NCBI RefSeq assembly: GCF_001194135.2
Contig: NC_068981.1
Location: 128,103,979-128,150,093, forward strand
From: Octopus bimaculoides
Lineage: Eukaryota
Direction: 5' to 3'
DNA: 46,115 nt
The translations under genes and the position numbers were made by a program. Below the pieces are notes generated by a model that saw only the letters and a program-made list of their open reading frames with translations, searched no databases and had not been told where the DNA came from. This document shows, one piece after another, positions 10,768 to 23,978 of the stretch. How positions within the stretch are numbered: the first letter of the stretch is position 1; each line of letters begins with the position of its first letter.

Positions 10768-12007
10768 TCAGTTCATTAAGAATGAAATGTTCGATTTTCT
10801 TATGCACCAAGTTTAACAGTCCTTAACTCCTGACAATTATTTGTTTTACAACGTTGAAGAGTTACATCATTACTTTTCGAAATGTAATTCATTGTGTCTG
10901 ATTATATTGTGAGTGTTCTCTTGTAAATCAATTTTTGTGAACCCATGGATAGATCAAAAATGTGTACTGTTTATGAATATGTGTTCCGTCGTGGAACCAA
11001 TTCTTCTCAGATAGCTCGAAACATCAATGAGGTGCTTGGTGAAGATGGGGCGTATGAGTGCACTGTATGACTGCATGTCGATGGTTTGAGAAGTTCCGGT
11101 CCGGTGACTTTACACTTGAAAATCAGCCCCATGATAGACTCGAGACCAGGGTGGATAATGATGAACTATAAACTGTAGTGGAAGCAGATACATCTCAAAC
11201 TACGTGTGAGTTAGCAGCAAGGTTTAATGTTTCGATTCCAACTGTATTGGACCATCTGAAACAAACCGGCAAGTTAAAGAAGCTGGACAAGTGGGTACCA
11301 CACGAACTGAACGAATATCAAATGATACGTCTTGCAGTCACAGCATAAAAGCGAACCATTTTTGCATCGTATTGTTACGTGTGATGAAAAATAGATTCCT
11401 TTCAACAATAGCAAGTGTTCTGCACGGTGGTTGGATAGAGACGAAGTGCCAAAACACAATCCATAAAAGAATATTCACCAAAAAATCTAATGGTGTCTGT
11501 TTGGTGGTCCAGCGCTGGTGTCATCCACTACAGCTTCATGAGACCTGCTAAGTCAATTACAGTGGTTGTATACATCAGCCAATTGGATGAAATGATGAGT
11601 GAACTTGCAATTAAGCAACCGAGATTGGTCAATAGAGACAGGTCAATTCTCTTGCAAAACAATACTCGACCACATGTTGCACAAAGAACGCTACTCAATT
11701 TATAGGAACTGAACTTGGAAGTATTCTGTCATCCATCATATTCACCAATCCTTGCACCAACTAACTATCACATTTTCCAGGCATTAGACAACTTTTTGCA
11801 AGGAAAAAAACTTCAAATCTGAAGAGGTTGTGAAAACCGCTTTCATCACCTCTTGATCTCCAGAATTCGTCGCTGCCGGCATAAATAAGCTATTGATAAA
11901 ATGGCAAAATTGTGTTGATAATTTAGGTGCATACTTTGATTAACTGCATTGATTCTTGTTGAGATTAAGTAAAATAAACTTTCAGTTCAAAATTCTTAAT
12001 GGCCGGA
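10768..12007 (+). mobile_element. Near full-length mariner element (cecropia/Hsmar1-like) with decayed transposase at 10945-11943
   Basis: RWFEKFRSGDFTLEN, KLDKWVPHEL, YSPILAPTNYHIF motifs. Terminal TA-TCAGTTCATTAAGAAT versus reverse complement TA-TCCGGCCATTAAGAAT (15/18 match); TA target site duplication. Confidence 0.9.
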
Positions 12008-12021
12008 TATGTATGTATGTA

Positions 12022-12358
12022 CTATATTTGATGGTCTATAAGACGCACGAGTGCATAGGACGCACCCTAACCTACGCTACACTTTTCTAAAATAAATCAC
12101 CACTAAGATAAAGTTTTAATTCCTTCTCTTACCTATATAACTTTATGTTATTACCGGCAATTATAAGTAATCTATTGCATCCACATTCGATATAAACATA
12201 CCGTAGGCGATTATTCACCAACAGATGGGAGCACACGTTTTGTAAACATAAATACCATTTTGAGCGAGTTTTGAGCCCACATTGAGTGCATTAGACGCAG
12301 GGGGATTTTAAAGCCATTTTGAGCAAAAAAGGTGCACCTTACAGGCCATCAAATACGG
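12022..12358. mobile_element. Non-autonomous Tc2/pogo-type MITE
   Basis: TIRs TA-CTATATTTGATGGTCTATAAGACGCAC / reverse complement TA-CCGTATTTGATGGCCTGTAAGGTGCAC; TA target site duplication; no ORF. Confidence 0.85.
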
Positions 12359-12422
12359 TATATATATATCCATAGCTATCTATCTATCTATCTATCTAGT
12401 TATCAGTATATATATATATATA

Positions 12423-14438
12423 CAGTAGAACTTCAGTACGAGTGCCCCATTGCACGGGTAATTTTCTGTACGAGCGCCGAGACTCATGCGAATTTTTGTC
12501 TTGATGTACGACTGAAAATCCGCAGTATGAACGAGATTCATGCAAGCGACCGCTAGTCGGCGCTGAGCTCGCACACGCTCTCCCAACAGGCGCTGTCTCC
12601 GCTCGCTCAGTTCACGTGTTTATCTCGTGACAGCATCCCTATTGTGTTTTTCCCGGTGTTTTTTGTTTAGTTTTTGTACATTTTTTGCTATCATTGTATA
12701 ATAATTAGTTGTGTTAGCCATGGGTCCTAAGAAAGTTAGTGCAAAGGATAGTGCTGAGAAGAAGAAAAAGCTGATTTTGATAAAGTTGAAGAAGGAAATC
12801 TTTGATAAATATGAGAGAGGAGTGCATGTAGTGGGCATAGCATGTCAATACGACCGGAGCTGAAAAGGATGGAAAAATTACTTCTCCTGTGGATGAACGA
12901 GAAGCAACTCGCAAGAGATACGATCACGGAGACCATCATCTGCTAGAAAGCACGAGCGCTGTATGGGGATCTGCTGAAGCAGAACCCTGGAACATCGACG
13001 GAGGAGACATCAACTGACGCATTTAAGGCAAGTCGCGGCTGGTCTGATAATTTCAAGAAGAGGACTGGTGTTCATAGCGTCGTCGGATATGAGGAAGCAG
13101 CGAGTTCTGACACGAAGCCAACTGAGGATTTCGCGCGTGAATTCCGTAAGTTCATCGCAAATGAGAGGTATATCGCATAACAGGTATTCAACTGTGATGA
13201 ACTGGCCTTTTTTGAAAAAAAAATGACCAGAAGAACCTACATAACTGCAGTGGAGAAGAAAATGCAGGCCACAAGCCTATGAAAGATAGTCTAACTCTCG
13301 TCCTTGGTGCCAATGCGAGGGGAGACTTGAAGATTAAGCCGCTCCTCGTCTACCATTCCGAAAACCCAAAATCCTGAAGAAGCTGCAGTTCATGTGGAGG
13401 GCAAACATTAAGACCTGGGTCACCAGGCAATTCTTCTCCGAGTGGGTCAACCTTGTCTTCGGACCAGCAGTGAAAAAGTACCTTCTGGAGAATGATCTTC
13501 CTCCCAAGGCCCTCCTCATCCTCGACAATGCTGCTGCTCACGCTCCTAACCTCGAAGATGATATCTTGGACGAATTTAAATTTATAAAAGTTCTGCACCT
13601 TTCACGCCACACCACCTCTGTCTTGCAGCCCATGGACCAAAAGGTGATTTCTGATTTTAAGAATTGTACACTAGACACCTATTTCGTTGGTGCTTTGAAG
13701 TCACCGAAAATACAAATCTAACCACTCATGAGTTTTGAAAGGAGCACTACAACATTGTAAACTGCCTGAAAATCATCGATATGGCCTGGCAAGTTGTAAC
13801 GAGGAGAACGCTGAATTCTGCATGGAAGAAACTCTGGCCTGACTGCGTATCCGAAAGAAGCTTCGAGGGGTTTGAATTTGAGACACCTGTAGTCGCGGAG
13901 ATAGCATACCTTACAAGTCCATGGGCATCGAGGTTGAGGATGAGGACATTAACGATCTCATCGAGGAACACTCAGAGGAGCTGATGACAGATGAACTCCT
14001 GCAACTTTTGGAGCAGCAGTATTTGGATGCGGTGGAAAAGATTGGTTCCCCCGAGGAGGATAACGTAGTGGAGAATGCTATCTCTACGAGTGACATAAAG
14101 GCAGTGTTGGCAAAGTGACAGTATGTTTCTGAATTTGTAGAAAAATATCATCCTGCAAAAGTAACTACAGGTCATGCAGCTGTTTTATTTAATAACTTTT
14201 TGCTCTGGCCCATTTCCGTAGCATTTTGAGAAGTAGGAAAAAGCAAACTTCTCTTGATATGTTTCTAATGAAACGACCTGCAAGTGTAAAAAGTGAAGAA
14301 AATGTGTCCAAAAAGCCTAAAATAAGCGAAATGAGAGAAAAACTTCAGAAATTGTTCTTCCTGAAGTCTTAATGGAAGGAGAACCTCCTTCTAGGCAGTA
14401 ATCCTCCTCCTTCTCCCCGCCCCATCGAGGTATCACTG
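12423..14438 (+). mobile_element. Tigger/pogo DNA transposon with decayed transposase at 12720-14401
   Basis: MGPKKVSAKDS start; KASRGWSDNFKKR; VFNCDETGLF; LLILDNAAAH; LQPMDQ; AWKKLWPDCV. Termini TA-CAGTAG... / ...CACTG-TA (diverged TIRs). Confidence 0.9.
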
Positions 14439-14955
14439 TATATATGCGAAAAAAAAAGCAAGAATATTTTGCTAATGTATTCCAAAAATACGCAAAGTAA
14501 GGGGTAGGAGAAAAGAATTCGTTTCAAATTTCAAAAAAAAATAGTTAAAAATACAACTGGTTTGTTGTGATTATGTACATTTTTACACTTTTCTCTGAAA
14601 TCTATGTACTCATATAATAACTGAACAGGTGCATCTTAGTTTTTTGTAAACACCAATCACTTTTATCATCATGTTGCTGAGGGTTCACTAAAGCCCATAA
14701 TAATTCAGTAGTAATTCAACCTGCAGAAGAAAGCAGTCAAATTCTCGCAAATCACACAGTTAAATAGCGGCTATATTGAAAAATGTGGTTTCTGATATGC
14801 AATTGAGAAGATTATCAGGACACAAGATCTTCCACCATTGTTTACATATCTAGGAGTGGTCTATAAATACACGACGATAGCAAAATTTACTTCGAGACAA
14901 TGAAGGAAGATGCTTTCTTTATCCCCTTCTTTCACTTTCTTTTGTCTTTCTCTGA

Positions 14956-14996
<41 letters not shown>

Positions 14997-15783
14997 TACA
15001 CACACACATACACACAAACAAACACATGCACACAGTCACACATATATGTATATATATATGTATATATATACGTACATATACGCATGTATGTATGTATGTA
15101 TGTATGTATGTATGTAGGAGTTTGTGCACAACTTTACCCATTGAAGTGACATCATTTTCAGACCTCTCAATCTCATCTAGAGTGTAGACTACTTACAGCT
15201 TACCTCACAAGCACAGCAACGACAAACAGGAAGATAAATAACACAAACAAGGAAAAGAAGGCGCAATTATGGTTGTGGGAAGAGGTATCGTTAATGTATT
15301 TGAAGCTTCGGCGGGCGGTATTTCTTTGTATGTTTGTCAGGTTGTATGTGCTTAACCTTTTAGTATTTAAACCTACCACATCTGGCAAAGATATTCTACC
15401 TGTTTTATGTTCAAACCAGCCATCTCTGAGCTGTCACACCTACCCAGTAATGTCATTCTAATAATAAACAATCACGTCATCAAAATCTCAAAGCTAAAGA
15501 ATAATGCATGATTAATTCAAAATTATGCGAACAAATAAGGATTACACTAAAGAGTTAACTATTGTTTCATTTTGTGTGTTTTCATTAATATGTGTGTGCA
15601 CACTATACATGAGTTTGGAAAACATAAAATGCATGTTTCGCGGTTTATACATGTTTGTTACAATCTATTGATGTGTGTGTGTGTGTGTGAGTGCGTCATT
15701 GCGCGGCGTGTGAATATATGCTATAGTTTCCACCTGTGTGTGAGTGCTTGATTCTGACTGAGTGTGCATTTGTATTCTCTCTG

Positions 15784-15845
<62 letters not shown>

Positions 15846-16217
15846 NNNNNNNNNNNNNNNNNNNNNNNNNNNNNNNNNNNNNNNNNNNNNNNNNNNNNNN
15901 NNNNNNNNNNNNNNNNNNNNNNNNNNNNNNNNNNNNNNNNNNNNNNNNNNNNNNNNNNNNNNNNNNNNNNNNNNNNNNNNNNNNNNNNNNNNNNNNNNNN
16001 NNNNNNNNNNNNNNNNNNNNNNNNNNNNNNNNNNNNNNNNNNNNNNNNNNNNNNNNNNNNNNNNNNNNNNNNNNNNNNNNNNNNNNNNNNNNNNNNNNNN
16101 NNNNNNNNNNNNNNNNNNNNNNNNNNNNNNNNNNNNNNNNNNNNNNNNNNNNNNNNNNNNNNNNNNNNNNNNNNNNNNNNNNNNNNNNNNNNNNNNNNNN
16201 NNNNNNNNNNNNNNNNN

Positions 16218-16280
<63 letters not shown>

Positions 16281-16640
16281 GTAAACATGAATTTGAATCA
16301 ACTTCACTTAAGGGATGAAAAAACTCAAATAAGCGCCTGGAAAGTGAAATTGACAAAGTGGCTGATTGAAAAAAGAACTAGAAAACTATGGGAAAATTGT
16401 TTCATACAAGACAGTTGAGGAATTTGAAGAAACAAAACCAAAAACTAATTGGAAGATAATTGTTAAACGTTCAAAGCGCAATGTAAAAATGATGTGGACG
16501 GAAAGTATTTGAAGCACTTCACAATTAAAACCTATGTTAATTTATTTGACATTAATGTATACGTGGTGAACTGAATATATGTACCACTACGTTATGAAGA
16601 AGATAATGTGTTAGCACTCGTATATATGTGTGCGTGTGTT

Positions 16641-16819
16641 GTGATTCCCAACCACGGGGTTCCGTGTTCAGTCCCACTGCGTGGCATCTTGGGAAGATGT
16701 CTTCTACTATAGCCTCGGAACGACCAAAGCCTTTTGAGTGGATTTGGTAGACGGAAACTGAAAGAAGCTCGCCGTCCCGCCGTGTATATTTTTGTGTGTA
16801 TGTATATATATATATACAT

Positions 16820-16865
<46 letters not shown>

Positions 16866-17074
16866 GTATGCGTGTGTGTGTGTTTGTCCCCTACCACCGC
16901 TTAACAATAGGTATTGGTGTGTCTACCTTCCCGTAACTTAGGGGTTCGGCAAAAGACCAATAGAATAAGTACCAGGCTTAGAAAAATAAGTCCTGGAGTT
17001 GACTTCTTCGACTACAACCCTTGAAAAGCGGTGTCCCAGCATGGCTACAGTCATATGACTTAAACAAGTAAAAG
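16641..17074 (+). mobile_element. tRNA-derived SINE with internal microsatellite
   Basis: CCCAACCAC...GTTCAGTCCCACTGCGTGGCA...GGATTTGGTAGACGGAAACTGAAAGAAG...AAACAAGTAAAAG; homologous to 25384-25810. Confidence 0.85.
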
Positions 17075-17101
17075 ATACATATAATATATAAATACACACA
17101 C

Positions 17102-17132
<31 letters not shown>

Positions 17133-17156
17133 TTAATAGCAGTTTGAATCAGCTCC

Positions 17157-17208
17157 ACATGACTTAAAGTTTCCTGGCCGCGTGGGATAAGTCCATCTCA
17201 TCAGATGC
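17157..17208 (-). ncRNA. Type I hammerhead motif (intact core, imperfect stem II base)
   Basis: Reverse complement GCAT-CTGATGA-GA-TGG...CCA-G-GAAA-CT-TTA-AG-TC-ATGT: stem I GCAT/ATGT, stem III 3 bp plus triloop, GUC cleavage between 17161 and 17160. Confidence 0.6.
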
Positions 17209-17261
17209 TAGTATGAGTTCTACTCACTTCTTTATTCCATCACTCAAGTGTGTGTTTGTAT

Positions 17262-17505
<244 letters not shown>

Positions 17506-18902
17506 TACTGTAAGTAATTGTGCGATGCGTCAGAGCATAGCAATAATCGAAACTGTACTATTCGAATATATCCTCATAAAATCTCCTATTGTTGACTACA
17601 TTTTGAACGCTGAATTTTTATTTTTTGAAACATCAAAAGTGTATGAAAATCGATATAAATGTAAATGGGAATAAATTAATTGGATGCAGTTTTGTCACAA
17701 GTGTTTATTGACTTAAATCAGCGTATGCACAAAATGGTCTTTTAAATTTTTTTATAAATATTGTAAAAACGTTTATTACAATATTCTCTTTGTGTATCAG
17801 CCTAGAGCAACGGGGTGCATTTTAAATTGTCTTCTGACTTGTATAACTCTCTCTCTCTCTCTCTCTCTCTCTCCCTTTTTTTCCTTCTCTCCATCTATTG
17901 TTATATGCTCTTCATCTTCCAAAATTCTAAAATCCATCGATTTCTTCCATTGGGAATTCTTTTCTTTGTCTCTCAGCTTTCTTTGTTCGTTCTGTTCGTC
18001 TTGGCGATCATCTTCATACACGAAGTAATTTTAAATTTAGATAATATTAATCGCTGATGTCCGCACAATGCGAATTACTCAATTATCTGATATACTCGTG
18101 GTCAACTCTAGGCATTCCTAGGTGTAAACAACACTGAGTAACTTCTACTATGGCCTCTGCAACTTCAAGTCACATTTTTTTTTTTAATACTTCAAGTAAA
18201 TTTTGTAGGCATTCGTTTTCGAAACAAACTCGTTTCGACTTCATTTATAATTTATTCATCATCATAACCCTTGTCTTCAAAATTTTTTTCTTAACTCTGC
18301 AGGATATCTGGTTACTAACATATTTTGCTTAGTCCTATCGTTTTCAATTTTTTCTATTTTCCCCATCTTCCTGTCCGCTCTTTCTACTCTATATCTCTAT
18401 TCCAAAGAAAGGCAATATCTGAGACAACTCTTTCTACTCTGCCGAGTGTCAACCTACTTGTTATTGTGAACGTATCTTGTCGTGTTGATTTCCCCTCTCA
18501 TTTTCTCTCTCTATCCCTCTCTGTATACATACATACATATATATATATATACATACATACATACATACATATATACATACATACAAATCTGCGCATAAAT
18601 ACATATGCATACGCCATGACATGAAAATATATACATAAAAACGCATCCATAAAACAAACATACAAATCTGCGCATACACTAACACCAAATACTGCACACA
18701 CACACACACACGTATGCACAAATACCTAGATGATGTTGATAAAAGTTCCAATGAAAGAGCCTTGAATCTATGTTAGAGTCCGGCTCTTTCTCTATGGATA
18801 AGAAATACAGAAATGAAACTGATTGATAACATACATACATACATACATACGTGTGAGTGTGTGTGTATGTGTATGTATGTATTCATGTATGTATGTATGT
18901 AT

Positions 18903-18961
18903 GTAGGACTGAATCCATAAACATGTGGTTGGGAAGCAAGCTTCTTACTACATAACCACTT
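18903..18961 (-). mobile_element. SINE 5' head fragment
   Basis: Reverse complement AGTGGTTATGTAGTAAGAAGCTTGCTTCCCAACCACATG...TTCAGTCC matches the head of 42103-42489. Confidence 0.7.
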
Positions 18962-19059
18962 CCACATATATATATGATTTTACATGTATGTTAACATATT
19001 GTATATGTCACTGTAGCCTTTTTATTTTTTTATTTTTCCCCTCTTTCTGTAACAATGAA

Positions 19060-19142
19060 CATCCTGATGAAGGGAGTGTCTAATTTCTAATATGAGTACT
19101 ACACCATATTAATAGACACATCTCAGAAACGGTCCGTAGATG
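19060..19142 (+). ncRNA. Type I hammerhead ribozyme with long stem II
   Basis: Stem I CATC(19060-63)/GATG(19139-42); core CTGATGA(19064-70); stem II GGGA/TCTC, GTGTCTA/TAGACAC and TAATATG/CATATTA; GAAA(19126-29); stem III ACGG-T-CCGT; GUA cleavage after 19138. One extra A on each side of the stem II base. Confidence 0.72.
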
Positions 19143-20697
19143 GAAACTTTTAGCGTTACCTATGTATGGTACGGTTCTTTTGATATAGTATATATATACA
19201 TATCTTTTTGTAATGTACACGTGTTTAATATAATACATATAAATTTGTAATATCATACCATATCTTAAACTGTTAAATATTTTTATACAACTGGGAAACT
19301 GTGCATGTTTATAAATATTTTTAAATAAATATTTTAAACATTCATGATATTTCTGAAGTTTATATCATTGTATATGCCTGTATACCTTATTTTATCTTAT
19401 CTTACGTTTTAGACATTTTATAGACTTAAAACTATATATTTATTGATTCTAGAATGATTTGAACACACACATATATATTAAATCTTGCGTTGGATATACA
19501 GTATTGTTCCTGTAGTCTTCCACCCTTATGTATCCATTCCTACCACAACTTGAATTCTAGCTCATGCTGAGCACTTCAACTCTAGCCCGTTTTATGTATT
19601 GTTATATTAACAATATCTAATTATACAAAAATTACAGTTTATATATATATATATAATCCTCACCCCAAACTCACACCCCACCCTCACATTCCCACACCCC
19701 CAACAATGCCACACTACACCACACACCACCACACTACGTCACACCACTCAACACCACTCTGCACACACTAGCACTGACCACTTCTCAGCACCCACACCAT
19801 CATCCACACATTACAGACGCACACACTTATACACACACACATACACACCTGTCTTCGTCTTTTGTTTTCCTATAAATTTCAACTATATGTGTGCGTGTGT
19901 GTGTGTGTGTGTGCGTGTGAGTGAGTGTGTGTGTGTGTGTGTGTGTGAGTGAGTATGTGTGTGTGTGCATGTGTGTGTGTGTGTGTGTTTGTGTGTGTAA
20001 TCGTATTAATCGGAAAGCAATGAGATCTTCAAGGCAATATAGGTTAATTATTCTCGAGAAGTATACTTATTAATTAACCGTTCATGGATTTTTAAAAAGC
20101 TCTTCTTTATTCTAGAGCCTTTAGAAATAAGGAAACTAGGGTGTAGGCTATCATTTGTGAAGAATAATTTTCCAGTGTATTTTTCCTCTTTCGTTAAGCC
20201 TCATTCTATTCATAAGACATTCATTGTTAAAATCTACCATCTTTTGCCTTTTAAATGAATTTTCTGAATATAAATTACATGCAAGCCTTAAACGACTTTC
20301 TTCTTTCTTGTAAAGAATAACTCCATACCTTTAATTAGTTGCATCTCTATTGATCCAGTCCCATTCATATGTCTCTGGAAATCGGTAGATATGAGGCATT
20401 CATGCATGATCTCTTATTTAATTGAAAGTAAACCTTGAAAAAATGTCGAAGAACAAATTTTGATAAAGAAATGAATTTAATAAAAATAGCTTCTTACAAA
20501 AAGAGGAAATTTAAAAAATTCATTTACCACTTGGTAAAGTGGAAAATGAATTTGTGATGCTGAGAGTCTTTTCTTTTTCTTCAAAATAATTATTGCAGTA
20601 ACTGAAGTGAGTTAGCACCAATTAGAATTTAAATCGATTGGCAACTTGAGTACTGAGAAAAGTTACCATTCAATGCTATATTATTTGCTACATATAA

Positions 20698-20895
20698 GGC
20701 GGTGAGCTGGCAGAATCGTTAGCACACTGGGCAATATGCTTAGCGGCATTTCGTCCGTCTTCCGCTCTGAGTTCAAATGCCGCCGGGGTTGACTTTGCCT
20801 TTGCCTTTCATCCTTTCGGGGTCGACGAAATAAGTAGAAGTTGAGTACTGGGGTCGATGCAATCGATTAGTCTCCTCCCCAAAATTTCAGGCCTT
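20698..20895 (+). mobile_element. tRNA-derived SINE (third family, OK/OR-like)
   Basis: GGCGGTGAGCTGGCAGAATCGTTAG (A-box) ... GAGTTCAAATGCC (B-box) ... TTTCATCCTTTCGGGGTCGA ... CTGGGGTCGATG. Confidence 0.8.
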
Positions 20896-22054
20896 ATTTT
20901 CTTTTAATTAGGCACAAGGCTAACTTAATAAATTTATATGATAAAGGAATAAACTAGTATGAGATTCCACTTATTTGATCAACTGGGCAACAATAGCATA
21001 CAAATTGGTCGAGTGTTCCGCGTGTAAGTTAAACATAGTTCTAATGTAGAAACGACATTATATATACAGTGTGACAATACTGAACTTTTGAATTGCAAGA
21101 ACTGTCTATCCGATGGGCTTCTATACCCTTCCTGTCAAATCAAACACCTTCTTAAGTTTTGGGCCAATCGTGTCTATAATATTCCTCTCCTAATATGTTG
21201 TGCAACGGGATCGAACAGGCTTTCCTGCTAACTATTCAGGAACAGGCGTTTCCTGTTAACTTTTCAGTGATACCTGCATCTACAATATCTTATTGGAATA
21301 GTGGATCTCGAAGTACATAGAGCTATAAATAATGGCATTCAAAGGAATGAGAAACGAAATTGACCTCGACATTGAAAGGAACTCGGAAAAATAGAAACGT
21401 CAAAGTTAACTAAAACCATTTGTTCACAAAAACATTTAGATTGCTGTTCCCCATTTTCTGCCAACTCGCTGTTCCGCGTCTGCCACTTGCTATTATGATT
21501 TTATTAGCATTAAACATGTTAATAAGTTTTTCTTTCATCAAATACCTATGTATTTGTTACTTCACATGTTAATTTCGTATAAAACGAAATGGCACTGGAT
21601 ATTTGAAGGTAACTGAATCAGTGACAAGACATATTTCAGTGACAAAGACATATTTCTCTAGTCAGTATCAACACACCGCTACTTTTCCTCTTCTTACTTT
21701 GTTTTAGTCAAAGAAGGAGAGGTAGTATCCATTGTCTTTATAGTGACTGACGGGAAGTCGTTGCGGTTGGAAATCAGCTGAGACTTCTATAAGGTCATGC
21801 TCTTTGTGAATAAAGATTGGTGTGTGTGAGGGGTGGGGTGAACGACGAGGCATTAAAATGCCGTTGAGTGGATCATTGTCAGTGAGCTTCATGGCTCTCT
21901 TTTGGATGTAGCCTCTAATATTTGTATTTGTAGAAGTAACGCTATCTTAGACATGTGAGCCGTATTATGTGGATTGAATTTGTGCTTTGAAGGGGAACAG
22001 CAAATGTATCCCTGACGACCCTTTTGGTAGAAAACGTCGACGGCTGTCATTGAG

Positions 22055-22215
22055 TTTATGTTCGTTACCCAGTACCGCTTGACAACAGGTGTTGGTTTGA
22101 TTACGTCCTTGTAGCCTAGCAGTTCAGTGAAAGAGATAAATAGAATAACTACCAGACTTAAAAAACAAAAATAAAATAAAAAGAAAGTACTGAGGTCGAT
22201 TTGTTCGACTAAACC
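22055..22215 (+). mobile_element. SINE 3' portion
   Basis: CCGCTTGACAACAGGTGTTGGTTTG...TAGAATAA...GAGGTCGATTTGTTCGACTAAA matches the 3' half of 25384-25810. Confidence 0.7.
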
Positions 22216-22539
22216 TTTCTATTGACTGGCAACGGAAATTGTAATCGTAAAGAATCGAATCGCCAGTGTTGCTTTTGCTCATGTCAAAATTATAAATCTG
22301 CGGAAAATATAAATTCCTCTTAAGACGTCATGCAAAAGAAATTATAAAGATAGTTTTATTCTATTATAATCGCGGAATGTGAAGATATACTTTCTACTTG
22401 TCGATAAATGAATTTGACTGACATTTCTCAACGACACGTTTAATGTTAAGATATAAAACGTTTACAATTCAATTTTCGACGTCAAGAATATACAATAAAT
22501 AGTTAAGTGCTACTGATTAGAGGAAGAAAAAGAAACGTT

Positions 22540-22572
<33 letters not shown>

Positions 22573-23691
22573 TATACCAAATCCAAATGTATTTCATAAA
22601 CGTATTGACAATATACACTCACAGACACTCACTCGTATGTATGTGTGTGTGTGATATCTCTTTCTCTCTCACCCACACTCACACATATATTCTTTTATCT
22701 CAAATATGTATAAGTGTGTTGTGCGTTGTATATGTTGCTTGCGTGTATGCGTGTGTGTGCGTGCCTATACATGTAAAAACAATTCTACAGTAGTTTTTCA
22801 GGTTTTAAAGTATATATAAATATATGAATTTTTATAGGTGGGAAGTAAGTCATTAAAGTTCATTGCAGAAAGTTCTGGTTATTAAAATTGCAGCAGCAGA
22901 GGGCGTATGTTGCTGTAATGCTGGTGCTGGTTAGCTGGTCTGCTGTCAGTGAGCAATATAAAAGTTATATAGAGTTAATGAAAGCGAATAGATATGTACT
23001 GTTAATATAGACCTCACTGGTTCACTAGCGATTAGATATGCCTGGCGCCAAATGCTCGTCGGATGTTAGAAACGGCCGATTTAGAGTCACTACGGTTTTC
23101 GCTGGTGATATGAGCTGTTATTGCTGTTAACACATGTTATTGCTGTGCACCCATGGACTTATTCAACAGCTTTAAATTATATTTGTAGGTGCACGTTCAC
23201 ATCGCTCGTACGTCACGAATATAGTTTTCCTTTTGCAAGAAAATACATTGCTGCAATAACTTAGAATAGATGAAAGTCTGCCGCTCGCTTTAACACATCC
23301 CATAGCTTATAGCGGAGTTCATTTTGTTACAAACATTCAAATCAGGCCACTACTCTAAGAATAACTTATCGCTTTTTCATCCCATCAGTCAGTAAAGCCA
23401 TGAAAAGGGTCACAGGGGTTGCCGTTCCTCTCCTGGTTAGGCTGTAAAAAACAATTTCAATAAGGTTTGAGAACTGTAGATAAATAACCAAGACATTGTA
23501 ATTCAGTATGCTACCATTTCTGCAATAACACCCTTAAAAATAAACAAGAGGTGTATCTTTAGTGGTCAATTATCATAGGGGAGATAAAATTCCTTCTTGA
23601 TTAAGTTAAGTTTAGGCGGGTTTAAAAGTTTGAAATCTAAATGAAGGAGTAAAAAATAAGATGGACAGACTATACATATCTAATATTTAAT

Positions 23692-23805
23692 GGTTCAAAT
23701 TCCGCCGAGGTAGACTTTTCCTTTTATCTTTTCGGAGTCGATAAAATAAATGCCAGTTGAGTCCTGGGGTCGATGTAATCGACTTACCCCCTCCCACTAA
23801 ATTTT
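23692..23805 (+). mobile_element. Partial SINE (family of 20698-20895)
   Basis: GGTTCAAATTCCGCCGAGGTAGACTTT...CTGGGGTCGATGTAATCGACTTA. Confidence 0.75.
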
Positions 23806-23978
23806 TGATCTTTTGCCAAAAATTGAAACCAATATTTCTTTGTCTTACACTAAAAATGTTAAGATTTCCCGTCTTTGGCAGTCATGTATAACGTCCTTTC
23901 ATCCTACTTTCGAATCATCTTTAGCACGACATAACCCGAGGCAGAATTCTATGATTATATCACATTCTAACTCTTACA

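Noticed and set aside
16280-16530. Possible second GIY-YIG C-terminal fossil (KHEFESTSL; NWKIIVK)
   Set aside because: Only two short, low-information motifs, with no YIG core visible.
22868-22950. Possible signal-peptide exon MLVLVSWSAV with a CA|GTGAGC donor
   Set aside because: Too short and unsupported without expression data.
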